DNA of 64,000 nt. It comes from Mesotaenium endlicherianum. Taxonomy: Eukaryota. The position numbers were made by a program, and so were the translations under genes. This document shows positions 18,539 through 30,689 of this stretch, piece by piece (position 1 is the first letter of the stretch; each line of letters starts with the position of its first letter). The notes under the pieces are model-generated. The model did no database searches, had not been told where the DNA came from, and saw nothing but the letters and a program-made list of their open reading frames with translations. The DNA lies in contig WELA01002258.1 of assembly GCA_009602735.1 (NCBI GenBank), positions 651,546 through 715,545 of the forward strand, read 5' to 3'.

Positions 18539-21500
18539 GCGCATGGCTGCAGGACAAACTTTGAAGTTTTCTCCGTGTTGCACAACTTGGGGCGACATTT
18601 TTGCATTGGATAGCTAGCATTAACGTCAAATAGTTTATTCATGTGTTCAATGTGTATGTATATCCGTTCTCAACAATCAAAGAGTTTGATTCCAGTCTCT
18701 ACAAGAGCGTGTGGGCCTACGCCACAGATGCCATTTTTCCGGTCATGATATATGTTTTGTCAGTCATCAGTTTCTGCAACCATTCAGCAAGTTATATATT
18801 TGATTTGGTGCAAATTACTGGTTCATACAGTAACCTCTTACTCCACTTTTAACCAGTGCCCACCTCCCACATCTGTCGTAAGACACAATGCACTTTGGAC
18901 ATCTGAGGGATTGGCGCAGTGCCGGAAAGGATTGGCATGTGAATCAGCACATAGCTTCATATATACTTATCAAGACACAGCCAACGAATCTGAGCAATCG
19001 ATTGCATTGTGTGTAACCAAGAGCTGTACCTCACACATTTTGCATTTTTGAACGGTGACAATTTACGAGCAAGAGAGGAAAAAATCCAAATGTGATTGGC
19101 TGCCACGTGACTGAAGCTGAACCCAGAAAAGCCCCTTGCATGACTTTGACGTACAAACTTTGCTTATAGGCTATATCTCATATCCATATATGCCTTCATT
19201 ACGCACACCTTACTTCTGGTAAAGGGTGTCATGTACTACGAAAGTAAGCAACAATTTCCCAGGCAGGAAAGCGTGGCTAGGATCTAGGCAGGATGCAGGC
19301 AAAATATAGGTAGTATTTACGCCCTGTTCTTGCTCGACATCGACCATGCAGGAGGCCACAGTGGCTATTCGCGTCGCACGACGTCACTATTGCTCAGCGT
19401 TCGACGATGCAAGGCTCTAAAGAGTCCTTGCTTGTGCGCCAGATGCCCTCTCCTCATGACAGCTCAGAGTTTCAGATGATTGCGTAACTGCCCAGCAGCT
19501 GGCACTTCGTTGGCACCCCAGAGGCTGTGAAAAAAAGAGCCCAGGCTTAGCCACACCTATCGCCTCCAGATCCCACACGCACCTCTAACCTATACGTGCA
19601 CCCATAACCCCAGGGCCCAAAAAGCCCGCACCTGAACGCCCAGCCGTGCCTCAGAGCCGAACAAGCCGAAGAAGCAAAATAAAGTTGAACCCCCCCCGGC
19701 TCTATCTCCAAGTTGCAGTCAACACGCAAAGTCCATCGATCCCAACAAACCCGACGTCTCCAAGTCTCCTTCACTCCGCGCACGGGCAGAAAAAGCGGGG
19801 GGGGAGGGGCCCCATGGGGGGGGGGCAAATGCTCCCATCACCCAGCCTCAGGAGCCCCTTTGAAGCGGACATCCTAAACCCAAACCCTAAACCAACGAAG
19901 CTTGAGCGCCGCCTCTGTCCAAACCGTCAAGTGCAAGCGCTGAAATTTAACCTCCAAGCCCCTAATTCAAACACGATTCCAAGCTAAGGCTTGACGCCTC
20001 ACACCGTCATCGCAATCAGCAAGGGCCAAGGCGGAGCTCTCCAGCCTCAGCTTTGGCTTGAAGGCCTCTGGGAGCAGCGGGAGCCAAGCGCGTGCATGGG
20101 TACTAGGTAGGCGTAGCGACTAGCAGAGAAATCAAACCCCCTTGACGAGCCCTTTCTTCGTCTCCACTGCCTCCACGCAGACGCTGCCCAGCAGAGCGTC
20201 CAGACCTTCCCGCACATCTCGGTCGGCTTTAGCGGCGTGCATCCTGCAAGAGGAGGAGGAGAAGGAGGAGGAGGAGCAGGAGGAGGAGGAGGAGGAGCAG
20301 GAGGACGAGGAGGAGGAGGAGGAGCTTCATAAGCTGACCGTAAGTCGTGAGGGGGGTGCCCCAAGCGCCCCATGGGACCCCAGACCCCCTCCTCCTCCTC
20401 CTCCTCCTCCGGCCGCCCCTCCTCCTCCTCGTCAATGCCGCGCTGCACATGCGCGCGCACGCGTTCAGCAGCAGCATGTAGTTGGCCAGAGGCGCCACGT
20501 GGCAGCTCCTGAGCGTGGCCGCGGCGCGCGCCGGGCTTCGTGCAGCCAGCTGGTCGGCTGTCAGGGAGGCCCAGAGTGGCGAGCTGTGCGCATGCCATGA
20601 CGTCCATTTGGGCGGCACCTCCCCACGTCCACCGCCGCTCGACGGAACCACTACCCACTCTGTCTGCCAGGGCACCCTGCCCGGTCCAACCTAACCACCA
20701 GCACGCTACAGGTGGCTCCACACGGCGCCGCAAGCGGCGACACCTGGGGACCACATGTCATGCCGCAGCACAGAGGCGCATGCGGCGCGGGCTGCTCCTC
20801 GCACGCACGTGGCCCTCGCGCATGCTGCGCCACTTCTCGAGCACGCCCCTCGCATGCGCACGCACGCGCCCACCAGGTCGGCGCTGCCCCGTGCCCATTC
20901 CAGCCTTTGGAAGTCGGCTCCACACCCTGCTCAGCCTCTGCACCTCCTCAGCACCTCCACGCCCCTCCAACAGATAGGGCCAGGGCCACCCACCCACCCA
21001 CCCACCCANNNNNNNNNNNNNNGGCGAAGGCGCCAGCCCCCCCCCCACCCCTCGGCCCTCATCACATCTCGTCTCATCTCCTTCAGGGTGTGGACTCTGA
21101 AGGGCTGTCCTGAGAGTTCCCCGTCGGGCGAGTGCACCCAAATGAGGCAGGTGCCCTGTTTGTTACAACAGAACAAAGGCCAAAAGGAAAACAAAGCAGA
21201 CATACAAACAACGTGAGGTAACAGCTCAAGCCCGTTGAAAAGACTGGCATGGAAGAAATGAAGAGAGGGCGCTCCTGGGCCCAAAAGTGACTAGAGCAAG
21301 CACTCGCACGCAAGCGATGTGGATGAGTTTCTGGACATGAGGGTCTCAGAGTTTCAGGTGTTGACGATTTTCTAAGGCTAACGGCAAAAGGTTACTGGTT
21401 TGGCGTTCAGGTCTAAGGTTTGGGGTTTAGGCTCGGCATGAGTGGCCGAGTGTTTGCTCAGCAGGTGACAGATGTCGGGTACCGCCCCTCGCACCGGATT

Positions 21501-24500
21501 CTGTTCCGAACAAAGTTTTGACCAGATTCCTCCTCCGCTGTCGCTTTCTTTGCCCGCCCCCCATAGGACCAGGCGCGACCCCCTGCTAGTGACAGACCTC
21601 ACTCCCACTCCAAATGTGTTCCGTTCTGACCCCTTTGCCGCCCCCCCCAAGGATGGGCCAACCCCCTGTGAGTGAGTGCCCACGTCCACTTTCCCAGTTT
21701 CCCACACTCCCACTCCCACTCCCACTCCCACTCCCTGCCAGTCGCTGTCGGCCCTCCCCAACTGCAACCTCGCCCTTCCAGCAAACACGTGCACAGTTGA
21801 GCCTCGATCCCCCTCCTGCTATGCTCCTCTCCTTCGCCTTTTCTACTAATTGCTACTACTCGCGCGGCACTGAGAGCTCTCGGCGCTCAGAGGGACTGAA
21901 ACTTTGTGGATCTGCGCTGCAGGCGTAAGATTTATGGGGTTTCTGAAGTTAGGGTTTAGCCTTTTAAGCTCAGCTTTGGGCGCAGGCTGAGAGTTTCTGG
22001 GGCTCAGGGAATAGGGTCAACCTCCGGCGTGCCTGCAGGGACCCACGCACCCTTGGCAGTCGCGTGATTGCACTGGTGGCCTCGCGCTGAATGCCAGACA
22101 GTGGGGGGGAGGAGGGAGCAGAGAGTGGAGTGCCCTCCCCCCGCACGACGCACAGGCAGACCCCTGTGCACGCGTGCGTAGGTCGGCGGCCTGGCGTGGC
22201 CAGGCCTTACCTGCAGGTTGCATGTGCGGATGGTTTCACGCCTGCACGCGTGAGTGCTTGTTTCATACCTGCACAGGCGAAAACGGCCCGGCCATACCTG
22301 CACGCACCGAGTCGCAGGCGTTCACATTCACGGGCAGCCCCTGTGCCCTCATCCTGCCACAGGTGTCAGTCATCCACCTCCCCCCGGCCTCCCCACGCGC
22401 GTGCACGCGCCCTCCCCCGCGCATGTTTTTCTTCAGCAGCCGTGCATAGGAAGAGCAGAGCATGGCCGCCCGCCACCGCCGCCGCCCGCTGCCGCTGCCG
22501 CAGCATCTCGTCCAACGACAGAGTGCGCCCTCCTGGGCCAGGCCAGGCCCTCTGCGCATGGCAGAGATGGGTCGCAGGTGCGGAGGACTCGGGAGCATGC
22601 CGACGAGCCGGGAGGATGTGGGCGTGCAGGCTGGGCGCGACGGCAGCAACTGCGGCGGGGGCGGCAGCGGCGGCGGTGGTGCCGGCTCCGGCGCACGACC
22701 AGGGCTGCGGCGCTTGCATGCGCGCGCCCAGCAGAAGGAAAGGAAAGGCCGGGGCCGCGAGTCGCAAAAAAAGGGGGGGGTGCCCCTCCTCTGACGCTGC
22801 TCTCCGAGGATGACATTTGTCAGCCCAGGTGCTTGTAAGCTGTCACAGAGGCCCGGCCACAGCTGCAGGGCCCGCTCGGCGCCGCCGTCCTGCTGACCTG
22901 TCATGCCAATCATTTGCAGCAAAGCGCACGCGCCCGCTCACACTCAAGCTTGGCCCCAAGAGGACGCAACAGGTGGCGCTCACGGCCTTGTGCACTTGGC
23001 AAAGAGGCCGGCCTCGAAGTTGAGGCTGAGGACGCCAATTGCTGCCTCTGTAGGCCACCTTGGTGTGCTATTTCCTAAAGCTAGATGCTCCGTCCAACGT
23101 TGGCACCGTTCCCTCAATTGTTGGGGTCTTCTTTTGCCATCTGCCCCCCGCGGAGCAGCGGTGATGTGGAGGGACCTGCCCCTGCCCCCTGCCCCTGCTC
23201 CTGCCCCTGCCCCCCTGCCCCCTGCCGGTCCCCCCACGCCCCTGCCACTGCCGTTGCCCCTGCAGCGGGAGTGAGAACTAACACCACGGCGCTTGCGGTG
23301 TTGAGGCAACGCACGCGATCGCCAATGTGAAGGGGCATGCCCCCGCCCCTTCGTCGATTGGAGGCTCTCGGTGACTGCCACGCGGGTGCCACCTGGCGTC
23401 GGCGCAGGGCCTCTCCACAAGCCAGCATGCTTGTGGCATCAGCAGGTGGCGCAGGCTCAATGCAGCCCCGCTGCTCCCCCTCCTCCTGCTCCACCTGCTC
23501 GGATCCGGGTCAGAGTGCTGCCACGTGGCGCGCCCTCCCTCCCAGCGTGGTGCTGGAGAATCTCAGTGACAGTGATAGACAAACTCAACTGAGGGCAGCA
23601 CGCTGCCAGGATGCAAGGCGCTGCCATGGCTGCCGTCTGCTACAACATTCTGCCACGTGGCGCGCCCTCCTCCCTGCGCGCCATTCCTGCCATGTGGCTG
23701 CCCACGATGACCTGCGGCGGCCCGACCGTCAAGCTCTAAACCAAAAGGCTGCTGCGCCATAGCTGGCCCGCATGCCCTCCCTGCCCGAAGGGCTGTGCCA
23801 TACCTGACCCAGTTGGATCCACCCGCTGAACCCTGCGTGGCCCACTTAGGACCCCCCCTTGCTAAAATGTGGAGGGCGGGGCCATACTTGGCCCTGTTTG
23901 TTGGGACCGCTTGCTGAACCCTGGAGGGCTGCGCCAAAACTGGCCCATCTGTAATCGCCCGCTCAACTGAGGAGAGCTACACCATAGCTGGCCCTTCGAG
24001 ACCACATGCTGAGCACTGGAGGGCGGGAGACAGCGCCAGCTGAGGCCCTCCTCTCCAGCCAGGAGGAGGAGGAGGACGACGAGGAGAGCCTGTCAGACTG
24101 GAGGTAGTGGTGGTGACGTGGTTGGAACGGGTCACTGCAGGCTCCATGCGGTACACATGAGGTACGGAGAGCATGCAGGGCTTTCGATAAACATGCGAGG
24201 TGGTACATGAAGTGACATGAAGCGTACCATGTGCTTAGCTGGCATCGCAGAACCACAAGGGGTCGTCGAGTCTTTCCTACATGATTTGTGACAATGATGT
24301 TCGGGACTTGAATTCCCGAATAACTGATACATGACAATTTGCAACTTTGGCATATTTATTTACAAGCACGATCTGCTCACGAGGGCCAGTTGCGTCTGTG
24401 CAGCAGGCGACGGCGGGGGAAGAATCAAGAAGGAATTTATATGCAGGAGACGTGCAGGAGCCGGCAAAAATTGGAAACGCATTCAGGAATGAGGTACAGA

Positions 24501-24606
24501 GGTAACTGCACATGAAAGCACTCGAGAGGCGATGACGCTCCGCAGTGCTCAACAGCACCACTTATACAAACTGGTACAATATGAAGAATGGACCGCCCGG
24601 CACCTT

Positions 24607-25103
24607 TGTTGACTGAGTCATGAGTCAGTTGACCACTTGAAGTTGACTAAGTTGACTCTGCTGACGCTATAATATGTCATTCATTCAGTTGACCTAGAAT
24701 TGCTTACTATGTGTTCACACTAGTACTAGCTTATCTAGTTCCAACTAGACTAGTGTTTTTCGTTCACACTTGCAGGACCTAGTCAGTTGTCAAATCTGTC
24801 ACCTGCTGACATATGTGTTGACTAGAAGTTGCCAAGTGCGTTGCATCCTAGCTAAGCATTCTAGCAGCAACTAGTCACACACACTAGCTAGCCAGAGCAG
24901 TCCAGCAGACATAAAAGATTACACAGCATGCTTATAATTCACTCTGCAAAATCAATATCATTTATGAAGAAAAGCTTCACCTTGTAATTCAAAGTCTGAA
25001 AGTCAAACTTTATCACTTTAAAAGATCCTCATGTAAAGTTTATCTATACTTTACTTTCTACTAAAATCTGCCAGACTCTAGCCATGGCAGAGATTAATCA
25101 ACA
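24607..25103 (+). repeat. Copia 5' LTR (497 bp)
   Basis: TGTTGA...TCAACA terminal inverted repeat; direct repeat of 30690-31193. Confidence 0.97.
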
Positions 25104-28100
25104 TGGTATCAAAGGCCTAACAGTGAAAGAGTTTGATGGCATTAATTTCCAGCAATGGAGCAACCGACTTAGAATTATGATGAGGCCTGTTGGTCTTTGG
25201 GCTCATCTTAATGAAGATCTTCAAGTTCCAGCTGAACCTGCAGAAGTCAAAGAAAAGTTCATTCAGAAAAGAGATTCTGCTCTTGCTGTGTTAGTAGCAA
25301 GTTTGTCATCAGAACATTTTGAGCTTATTCAAGAATATGATGAGCCTAGACCTGCCTGGAAAGCATTGGTTGCTCATTTTGCTCCTAACAATGTTCCTCA
25401 GATGCGTTTATACAGATCTCAGATGAATGCCATGCGAAAGCAAACTAATGAAAAGATGGAGGCCTATGTGCTCCGTTTCAAGGCAGTTATTACCAATCTC
25501 AAGGCTATTGCTCAAAATGTGACTGATGCTGAAATACTCTCAGCATTTATGGGTGGCTTACCTGATCAGCAGCTACTGAATCTTCAGCTCAGTGTTCTCA
25601 AACCAGAAGAGCAGACCTTTGACGGCTTCTCCAAGTTCCTTATTACTGAAGACAATCAAAGAGCAGTCACAGATACCATTCAAGAACTGGCATTATATGC
25701 CAAACCTTCTGCTCCCTTCTCTAAGTCAGTATTGTCCTCCTCAGGCAATCAGAAGTATAAAGCAGACTCCTCTTCTCTGTCTTCTGAGAAAGCCAAGCTT
25801 TTCTGCAAATACTGCAAGCAAAAGGGTCACACAAAGGAGACCTGCCCTAAACTTGCTGCCAAAGCTAAAGCTCAATCAGCTCAGCTCTCCTCCACAGATT
25901 CTGACTCAGTAGCAGCACATACCTCTTTACTTCAGGAGCATAGCCTCTTTGTCTCCCTCCTCCTGACTAATAGTCAGCCTCTCCCTGCCTGGATATTGGA
26001 CTCTGGCGCCTCTGCTCACATGTGCCATGTCAAAGAGTGGTTTTCAACTCTGACAGAACTTACTCCGCCTCAACCCATCACATTGGGCAATGGTTCAGTA
26101 GTTCAGGCCACTCATTATGGCACCATTCCAGTCCTTTTCTCTGATAGGCACAAGAAAGAACACCCTGTTCTTCTTCATGAAGTTCTATTTGTCCCTTCAT
26201 TGACTCACAACCTCTTTAGTGTCATACAGGCTACTGCAAAAGGAGCTCAACTTGCTTTCTCCGGCACTACCTGCACTCTCTTTAATGCCAACCATCAACC
26301 AGTTGGGTTTGCCAAGAAGGTTTCTAGACTTTATGAGCTCCAGTGTGAAGCTCAAAGAGCCCTTCAGAAGTCTACCCCTTATGCTCCTCAGCAAGCAGTT
26401 CTTACAGCCAATATGACAGCTACTGCCAATCTGTGGCATCGTAGATTTGGACATCTCAGCTTCACATCCCTGTACAAGCTTCAGCAGGAACAGCTGGTTG
26501 CAGGCTTACCTCCCAATCTATTCTCTTCTCATTCTCCTTCAACTCTATGCTCCCCTTGCCTTCAAGGCCACCACAGTAGGAAGTCCTTTCCTGCTCATCA
26601 GCACAATAGAGCTGCTCGTCCATTAGATCTTGTTCACACTGATATTTCTGGACCTATGCAGACTCAGGCTCATGGAGGCAGCAGATACTTCATCTCTTTC
26701 CTAGATGATCACTCACGCTTTCCTATGGTGGTCATGCTCAGACACAAGTCTGATGCTCTTCAAGCTGCTCAAGAATATGCTGCCCTGGTGGAGAACATGC
26801 ACAGCTCTACCATCAAAGCGTTTCGATCAGATAATGGAGGAGAATATATTTCTAAGAAATTTCAGCAGTGGTGCTCTGAGAAAGGCATTCTTCAACAGTT
26901 CACAGTTCCTTACACTCCTCAACAAAATGGAGCTGCTGAACGATTCAACAGAACAGTCCAAGAGCAGGCCAAGTCTATGCTAGCAGATGCTGGCCTATCT
27001 CTAAGTTTCTGGGCTGAGGCAGTGAATACTGCAACTTATCTGATTCAGCGATCTCCCTCTTCTGTCCTTCAAGGCCAAACTCCATTTGAGGCCTGGTTTG
27101 GATCTAAGCCTTCTGTGGATCATTTTCGCATATTTGGCTGCCCTGCCTTTGTGCAAATTCCCAAACATCAAAGACAGAAATTCTCTGCTGCGAGTGAACC
27201 CTGCATTTTCGTTGGCTACTGTACTGCTTTCAAAGCATACAAATTGTACAATCCCAAGACGAAAAAGAGTCTAATTTCTCGCGATGTTCAATTTCAGGAA
27301 TTGCCTTCTTCAGATACAGGGCCTTCCTCAGGCTCTTCAGTTCCTGAGCTTACCTTTGATCCAGCAGAGCCTCTTCCTTCCTTGCCAGCGCCTCCTGCTG
27401 CTGCTCCTCCTCTTCCTCCAGCAGCTTCGGCTCCTGTGACTCCAGTCCAGCCTGTTCCATCAGCAGTCAACAGAGATAGTTCTGCTTCCGAAATACCTGA
27501 ATCTTCTCAGAGACCTTCTTCCTCAGGAGTCTTCCGCCCATTGGCACCTTCTCTTGAGTCCATTCCTGAGAATCAATCAGTCAGTGAACCTTCTTCTAGA
27601 GTCTCCACTAGAGCTGCAGCCAAACCTCCCCATTTTTACAAACAGCTCAATTCCAAAGGAATGACTCATGCCATCTTTATGGCTCTCTCTGCCACTTCTG
27701 TCTCTTCAGATCCGACCTCGTACAAAGATGCCATGAGCAGACCAGATGCCTCTAAGTGGCTGCAAGCCATGCACTCTGAGCTTGAATCCATAGCAGTCAA
27801 TCATACCTATGACCTTGTTCCTAGGCCCTCAGGTGTCAACTGCATTCCTACCATGTGGATCTTTGTTACTAAAAGGACTCTTGATGGAGACATTGCCAAG
27901 TACAAAGCCAGACTGGTGGCCCTTGGTAACAGGCAGAAAGAAGGCATTGACTATGATGAGACCTTCAGCCCTGTGGTAAAATATGACTCTCTCAGGCTCT
28001 TCTTGGCCATCTCGTCAAGCCTGAGCCTCACAGTTCACCAGATGGATGTACAGACAGCATTTCTCAATGGGACTATCCATGAGGAGGTTTACCTTCTTCA

Positions 28101-29733
28101 GCCTCCTGGCTTTCCAGACCCTTATGCCCCAGACCATGTCTGCCGTCTCAACAAAGCTCTTTATGGTCTCAAGCAGGCTCCGAGGGCTTGGCACATCAAG
28201 ATCAATCAGACCCTCCTTGATCTTGGTCTTCAGAAAAGCAAGGCAGATCCCTGTCTCTACACTCTTCCTTCTGCCAGCTATCATTTATTTGTAGCACTCT
28301 ATGTAGATGACCTTGTCATTGCCTCTGATGACTTCTCTGCCCTCTCTCAGTTTAAAGATCATCTTGCTGCTACATTTAAGATGACTGATCTGGGCCCCAT
28401 TAAGCAGTGTCTAGGCATACATATTCAGCAAGACCTGACAGCAGGCACCATCTCTCTCTCTCAGTCTCATTACATTCAAGAGATGATTCAGAAATTTGGT
28501 TTCAGTAATATGAAGCCACTTACCACTCCCATGGAGCCTACCTGTCGGCTTACCTCCAAGGATGCCCCTACCACCATGCAGGAGAAGAAGTTCATCTCTC
28601 AAATTCCATACAGCCAGGCTGTTGGCAGCCTCATGTTTGCTGCTACCTGCACAAGGCCAGACATAGCCCAAGCTGTTAGCAAAGTTGCCGCCTACATGCA
28701 TTCACCCAGCAGAAAGGCATGGCAAGCTGTAGTTCACATTTTCCGCTATCTCATTGGCAATGACTACAATCTTGTCTACAGCAATCATACTTCCGATATG
28801 GCTGTCTATGCCTACACTGACTCAGATCATGCAGCAGACCATGAACTCAGGCGTTCAACAGGCGGCTTTGTCTTCATTTTGGCTGGAGGTGCTGTCTCTT
28901 GGAAATCCAAGAAACTTACCAAGGTCGTCGACTCTTCTACAGCTGCTGAGTATCTTGCTCTTCACAAGGCTACTACTCATGCACTCTACATCAGGCAGCT
29001 TCTATCCGACTTTGGTTTTCCTCCAGACGAGCCTACAGCTATTCTTACAGACTCTAATGGAGCGGTGGCCATCTGCAAGAGAGACCAGATTGAACAAGAC
29101 AGCAAGACAGTGGAGACTGCAGAACATATTATCAGGCAAGAATATTCGCTTCTTCAAATCTGTCCTTTGAAAATTTCCACAAAAGAAAATGTGGCTGATG
29201 CACTCACTAAGCCCCTTCCCGGGCCTAAGCATCATTATTGCTGTCAGCACATGCAGTTAGTTCTCTCAGGGACTTCTCTTCTTCCCCAGAGTTTCCCCAC
29301 TATTTTGGCCTCTCCACAGTCTACATCTCAAGTTACCAAGAAGCGTCCTAGAGAAGACCTTGACACAGATGTGCTACTGGCCCCCCCCCCTAAGGCCCTG
29401 GTTTCTATTGGCCCGTGTCTTCCTCCTAGCCCTGTGCCCGTCTCTCAGCCAGCCTCGTTTGCCCTTAGTTCTTCCTCAGAATTCCCTTCTCTTCCATCAC
29501 TCTCTCAGGTGCAGAGGCAAGCATCTGTTCCCCCCCATTATCCTCTCAACTCTGTAGCAGCATCCAGGCAGAAATGGATTCTTGCAGTTACGACTCAAGT
29601 GGCTCCTCCTCCCCTGCCTCCCTTGGAACCTGCTCAGATCATTCAGCAATTTTACACAGAGGCTAGGCAGGCATCTCTCCTAGAGCAGGCAAAGTTGGCA
29701 GAGGAGACCCTCGCCTTTGAGCACAATATGTAA
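25084..29733 (+). CDS. Copia Gag-Pol polyprotein (Gag zinc knuckle, PR, IN, RT, RNase H), intact, 1549 aa
   Basis: CKYCKQKGHTKETC knuckle; WILDSGAS protease; LWHRRFGH; integrase HTDISGP / RSDNGGE / QNGAAER; RT QMDVQTAFLNG, LYGLKQAPRAW, LYVDD; RNase H YTDSD...ENVADALTKPL. IN-before-RT order is diagnostic of copia. Confidence 0.98.
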   Translation: MAEINQHGIKGLTVKEFDGINFQQWSNRLRIMMRPVGLWAHLNEDLQVPAEPAEVKEKFIQKRDSALAVLVASLSSEHFELIQEYDEPRPAWKALVAHFAPNNVPQMRLYRSQMNAMRKQTNEKMEAYVLRFKAVITNLKAIAQNVTDAEILSAFMGGLPDQQLLNLQLSVLKPEEQTFDGFSKFLITEDNQRAVTDTIQELALYAKPSAPFSKSVLSSSGNQKYKADSSSLSSEKAKLFCKYCKQKGHTKETCPKLAAKAKAQSAQLSSTDSDSVAAHTSLLQEHSLFVSLLLTNSQPLPAWILDSGASAHMCHVKEWFSTLTELTPPQPITLGNGSVVQATHYGTIPVLFSDRHKKEHPVLLHEVLFVPSLTHNLFSVIQATAKGAQLAFSGTTCTLFNANHQPVGFAKKVSRLYELQCEAQRALQKSTPYAPQQAVLTANMTATANLWHRRFGHLSFTSLYKLQQEQLVAGLPPNLFSSHSPSTLCSPCLQGHHSRKSFPAHQHNRAARPLDLVHTDISGPMQTQAHGGSRYFISFLDDHSRFPMVVMLRHKSDALQAAQEYAALVENMHSSTIKAFRSDNGGEYISKKFQQWCSEKGILQQFTVPYTPQQNGAAERFNRTVQEQAKSMLADAGLSLSFWAEAVNTATYLIQRSPSSVLQGQTPFEAWFGSKPSVDHFRIFGCPAFVQIPKHQRQKFSAASEPCIFVGYCTAFKAYKLYNPKTKKSLISRDVQFQELPSSDTGPSSGSSVPELTFDPAEPLPSLPAPPAAAPPLPPAASAPVTPVQPVPSAVNRDSSASEIPESSQRPSSSGVFRPLAPSLESIPENQSVSEPSSRVSTRAAAKPPHFYKQLNSKGMTHAIFMALSATSVSSDPTSYKDAMSRPDASKWLQAMHSELESIAVNHTYDLVPRPSGVNCIPTMWIFVTKRTLDGDIAKYKARLVALGNRQKEGIDYDETFSPVVKYDSLRLFLAISSSLSLTVHQMDVQTAFLNGTIHEEVYLLQPPGFPDPYAPDHVCRLNKALYGLKQAPRAWHIKINQTLLDLGLQKSKADPCLYTLPSASYHLFVALYVDDLVIASDDFSALSQFKDHLAATFKMTDLGPIKQCLGIHIQQDLTAGTISLSQSHYIQEMIQKFGFSNMKPLTTPMEPTCRLTSKDAPTTMQEKKFISQIPYSQAVGSLMFAATCTRPDIAQAVSKVAAYMHSPSRKAWQAVVHIFRYLIGNDYNLVYSNHTSDMAVYAYTDSDHAADHELRRSTGGFVFILAGGAVSWKSKKLTKVVDSSTAAEYLALHKATTHALYIRQLLSDFGFPPDEPTAILTDSNGAVAICKRDQIEQDSKTVETAEHIIRQEYSLLQICPLKISTKENVADALTKPLPGPKHHYCCQHMQLVLSGTSLLPQSFPTILASPQSTSQVTKKRPREDLDTDVLLAPPPKALVSIGPCLPPSPVPVSQPASFALSSSSEFPSLPSLSQVQRQASVPPHYPLNSVAASRQKWILAVTTQVAPPPLPPLEPAQIIQQFYTEARQASLLEQAKLAEETLAFEHNM

Positions 29734-29769
29734 TTTTCTCCAGATATTTCAACAGTGATGACATTTACC

Positions 29770-30168
29770 TCATTCCTCATTGTCATCTGCAGAGAATATT
29801 TCTGATTCAATTGATCCACTAGTCCAGCTCTCATTCCCTGACTCACTGGAATCCCCAAAGTAGATCTTGTTTGCTCTCATATCTATGTCTCCAAAGGCTT
29901 TCAGCACATCCCCGTCTCTTGCTCTCTGCACATTCTCTTCTGGCCAGTCTCTCATTAATTCTGCCTGCAAGAGACATAGCTGCCTCAATTTCTCCCTGTT
30001 ATATGGCCCCATTACTGCCTCTACTACTCCCTCAGCAGGCATCCCATCTAGGGCATATTTTATCCCATCCTTTAGCCTCTCGAGCTTCTCTAACAGCTCT
30101 AGTTTTCTTCCCATATTCCTCCTATACTGCCCCAGTAACTCCTCAATTTCCTCTACAGACCACTCCAT
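29770..30168 (-). CDS. Antisense extra ORF inside the copia 3' region, 132 aa, coiled-coil-like with acidic tail
   Basis: ATG in gccATGg context just after an in-frame upstream stop. Heptad-like MEWSVEEIEELLGQYRRNMGRKLELLEKLERLKDGIK; acidic end SADDNEE. Converges on pol with the stops 36 bp apart. Confidence 0.55.
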   Translation of the reverse strand: MEWSVEEIEELLGQYRRNMGRKLELLEKLERLKDGIKYALDGMPAEGVVEAVMGPYNREKLRQLCLLQAELMRDWPEENVQRARDGDVLKAFGDIDMRANKIYFGDSSESGNESWTSGSIESEIFSADDNEE

Positions 30169-30689
30169 GGCTGTTCTCTATGAGGCACTGCTAAGCACTT
30201 TCCATCAGCTACTAGCATTTTTAGGAGCGCTTTGCCCTAATTGCTATTCCATTCCTAGCTGTACAGTGCCTGCATTCTCTCTCAAAAGTCGCTCTGGGCT
30301 TTCTCAGTTAGCACTTTCGCTCTCACATTCGCGACATGCACAACTTTTTTTCCAAGCTTGTGCTTCCACGGTGGCAGTAGCTTTTCCCATCTGATTGGTC
30401 TAGCTTAGCCCCTCCTCTCGTTTCCTAGGTGGCCCATAGGTGTCCATGTGACAACCACAGGCTGCCCACTCGCTCTGAGTCCAGCAAAGCAGATTCTTTC
30501 TTGCTTGTACCATTTTCGGTCCACATCGCTTCACGACCCTTTCTGGTCCATTTTTGGGCCATATTTGGCACAAGACCTTCCTTTGGGCCCTCCTCTCCGT
30601 CTGTCTCCGCCGCGCGTCTCCGACTTTCCTGGTCAACCTTTGTCTTTTGGCCTGATGACTCTTTCAAGACCCCTCAGTCCAGGGGGGCA

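Noticed and set aside
20047..20754. Poly-Glu, poly-Pro and poly-Leu ORFs; (GAG)n and (CCT)n tracts that could pair
   Set aside because: Trinucleotide microsatellites in GC-rich sequence; no domain or splice support.
24380..24500. Peptide GRIKKEFICRRRAGAGKNWKR resembling a SAND or FAR1/MULE fragment
   Set aside because: Too short, ends in a stop, and no supporting motifs recognised nearby.
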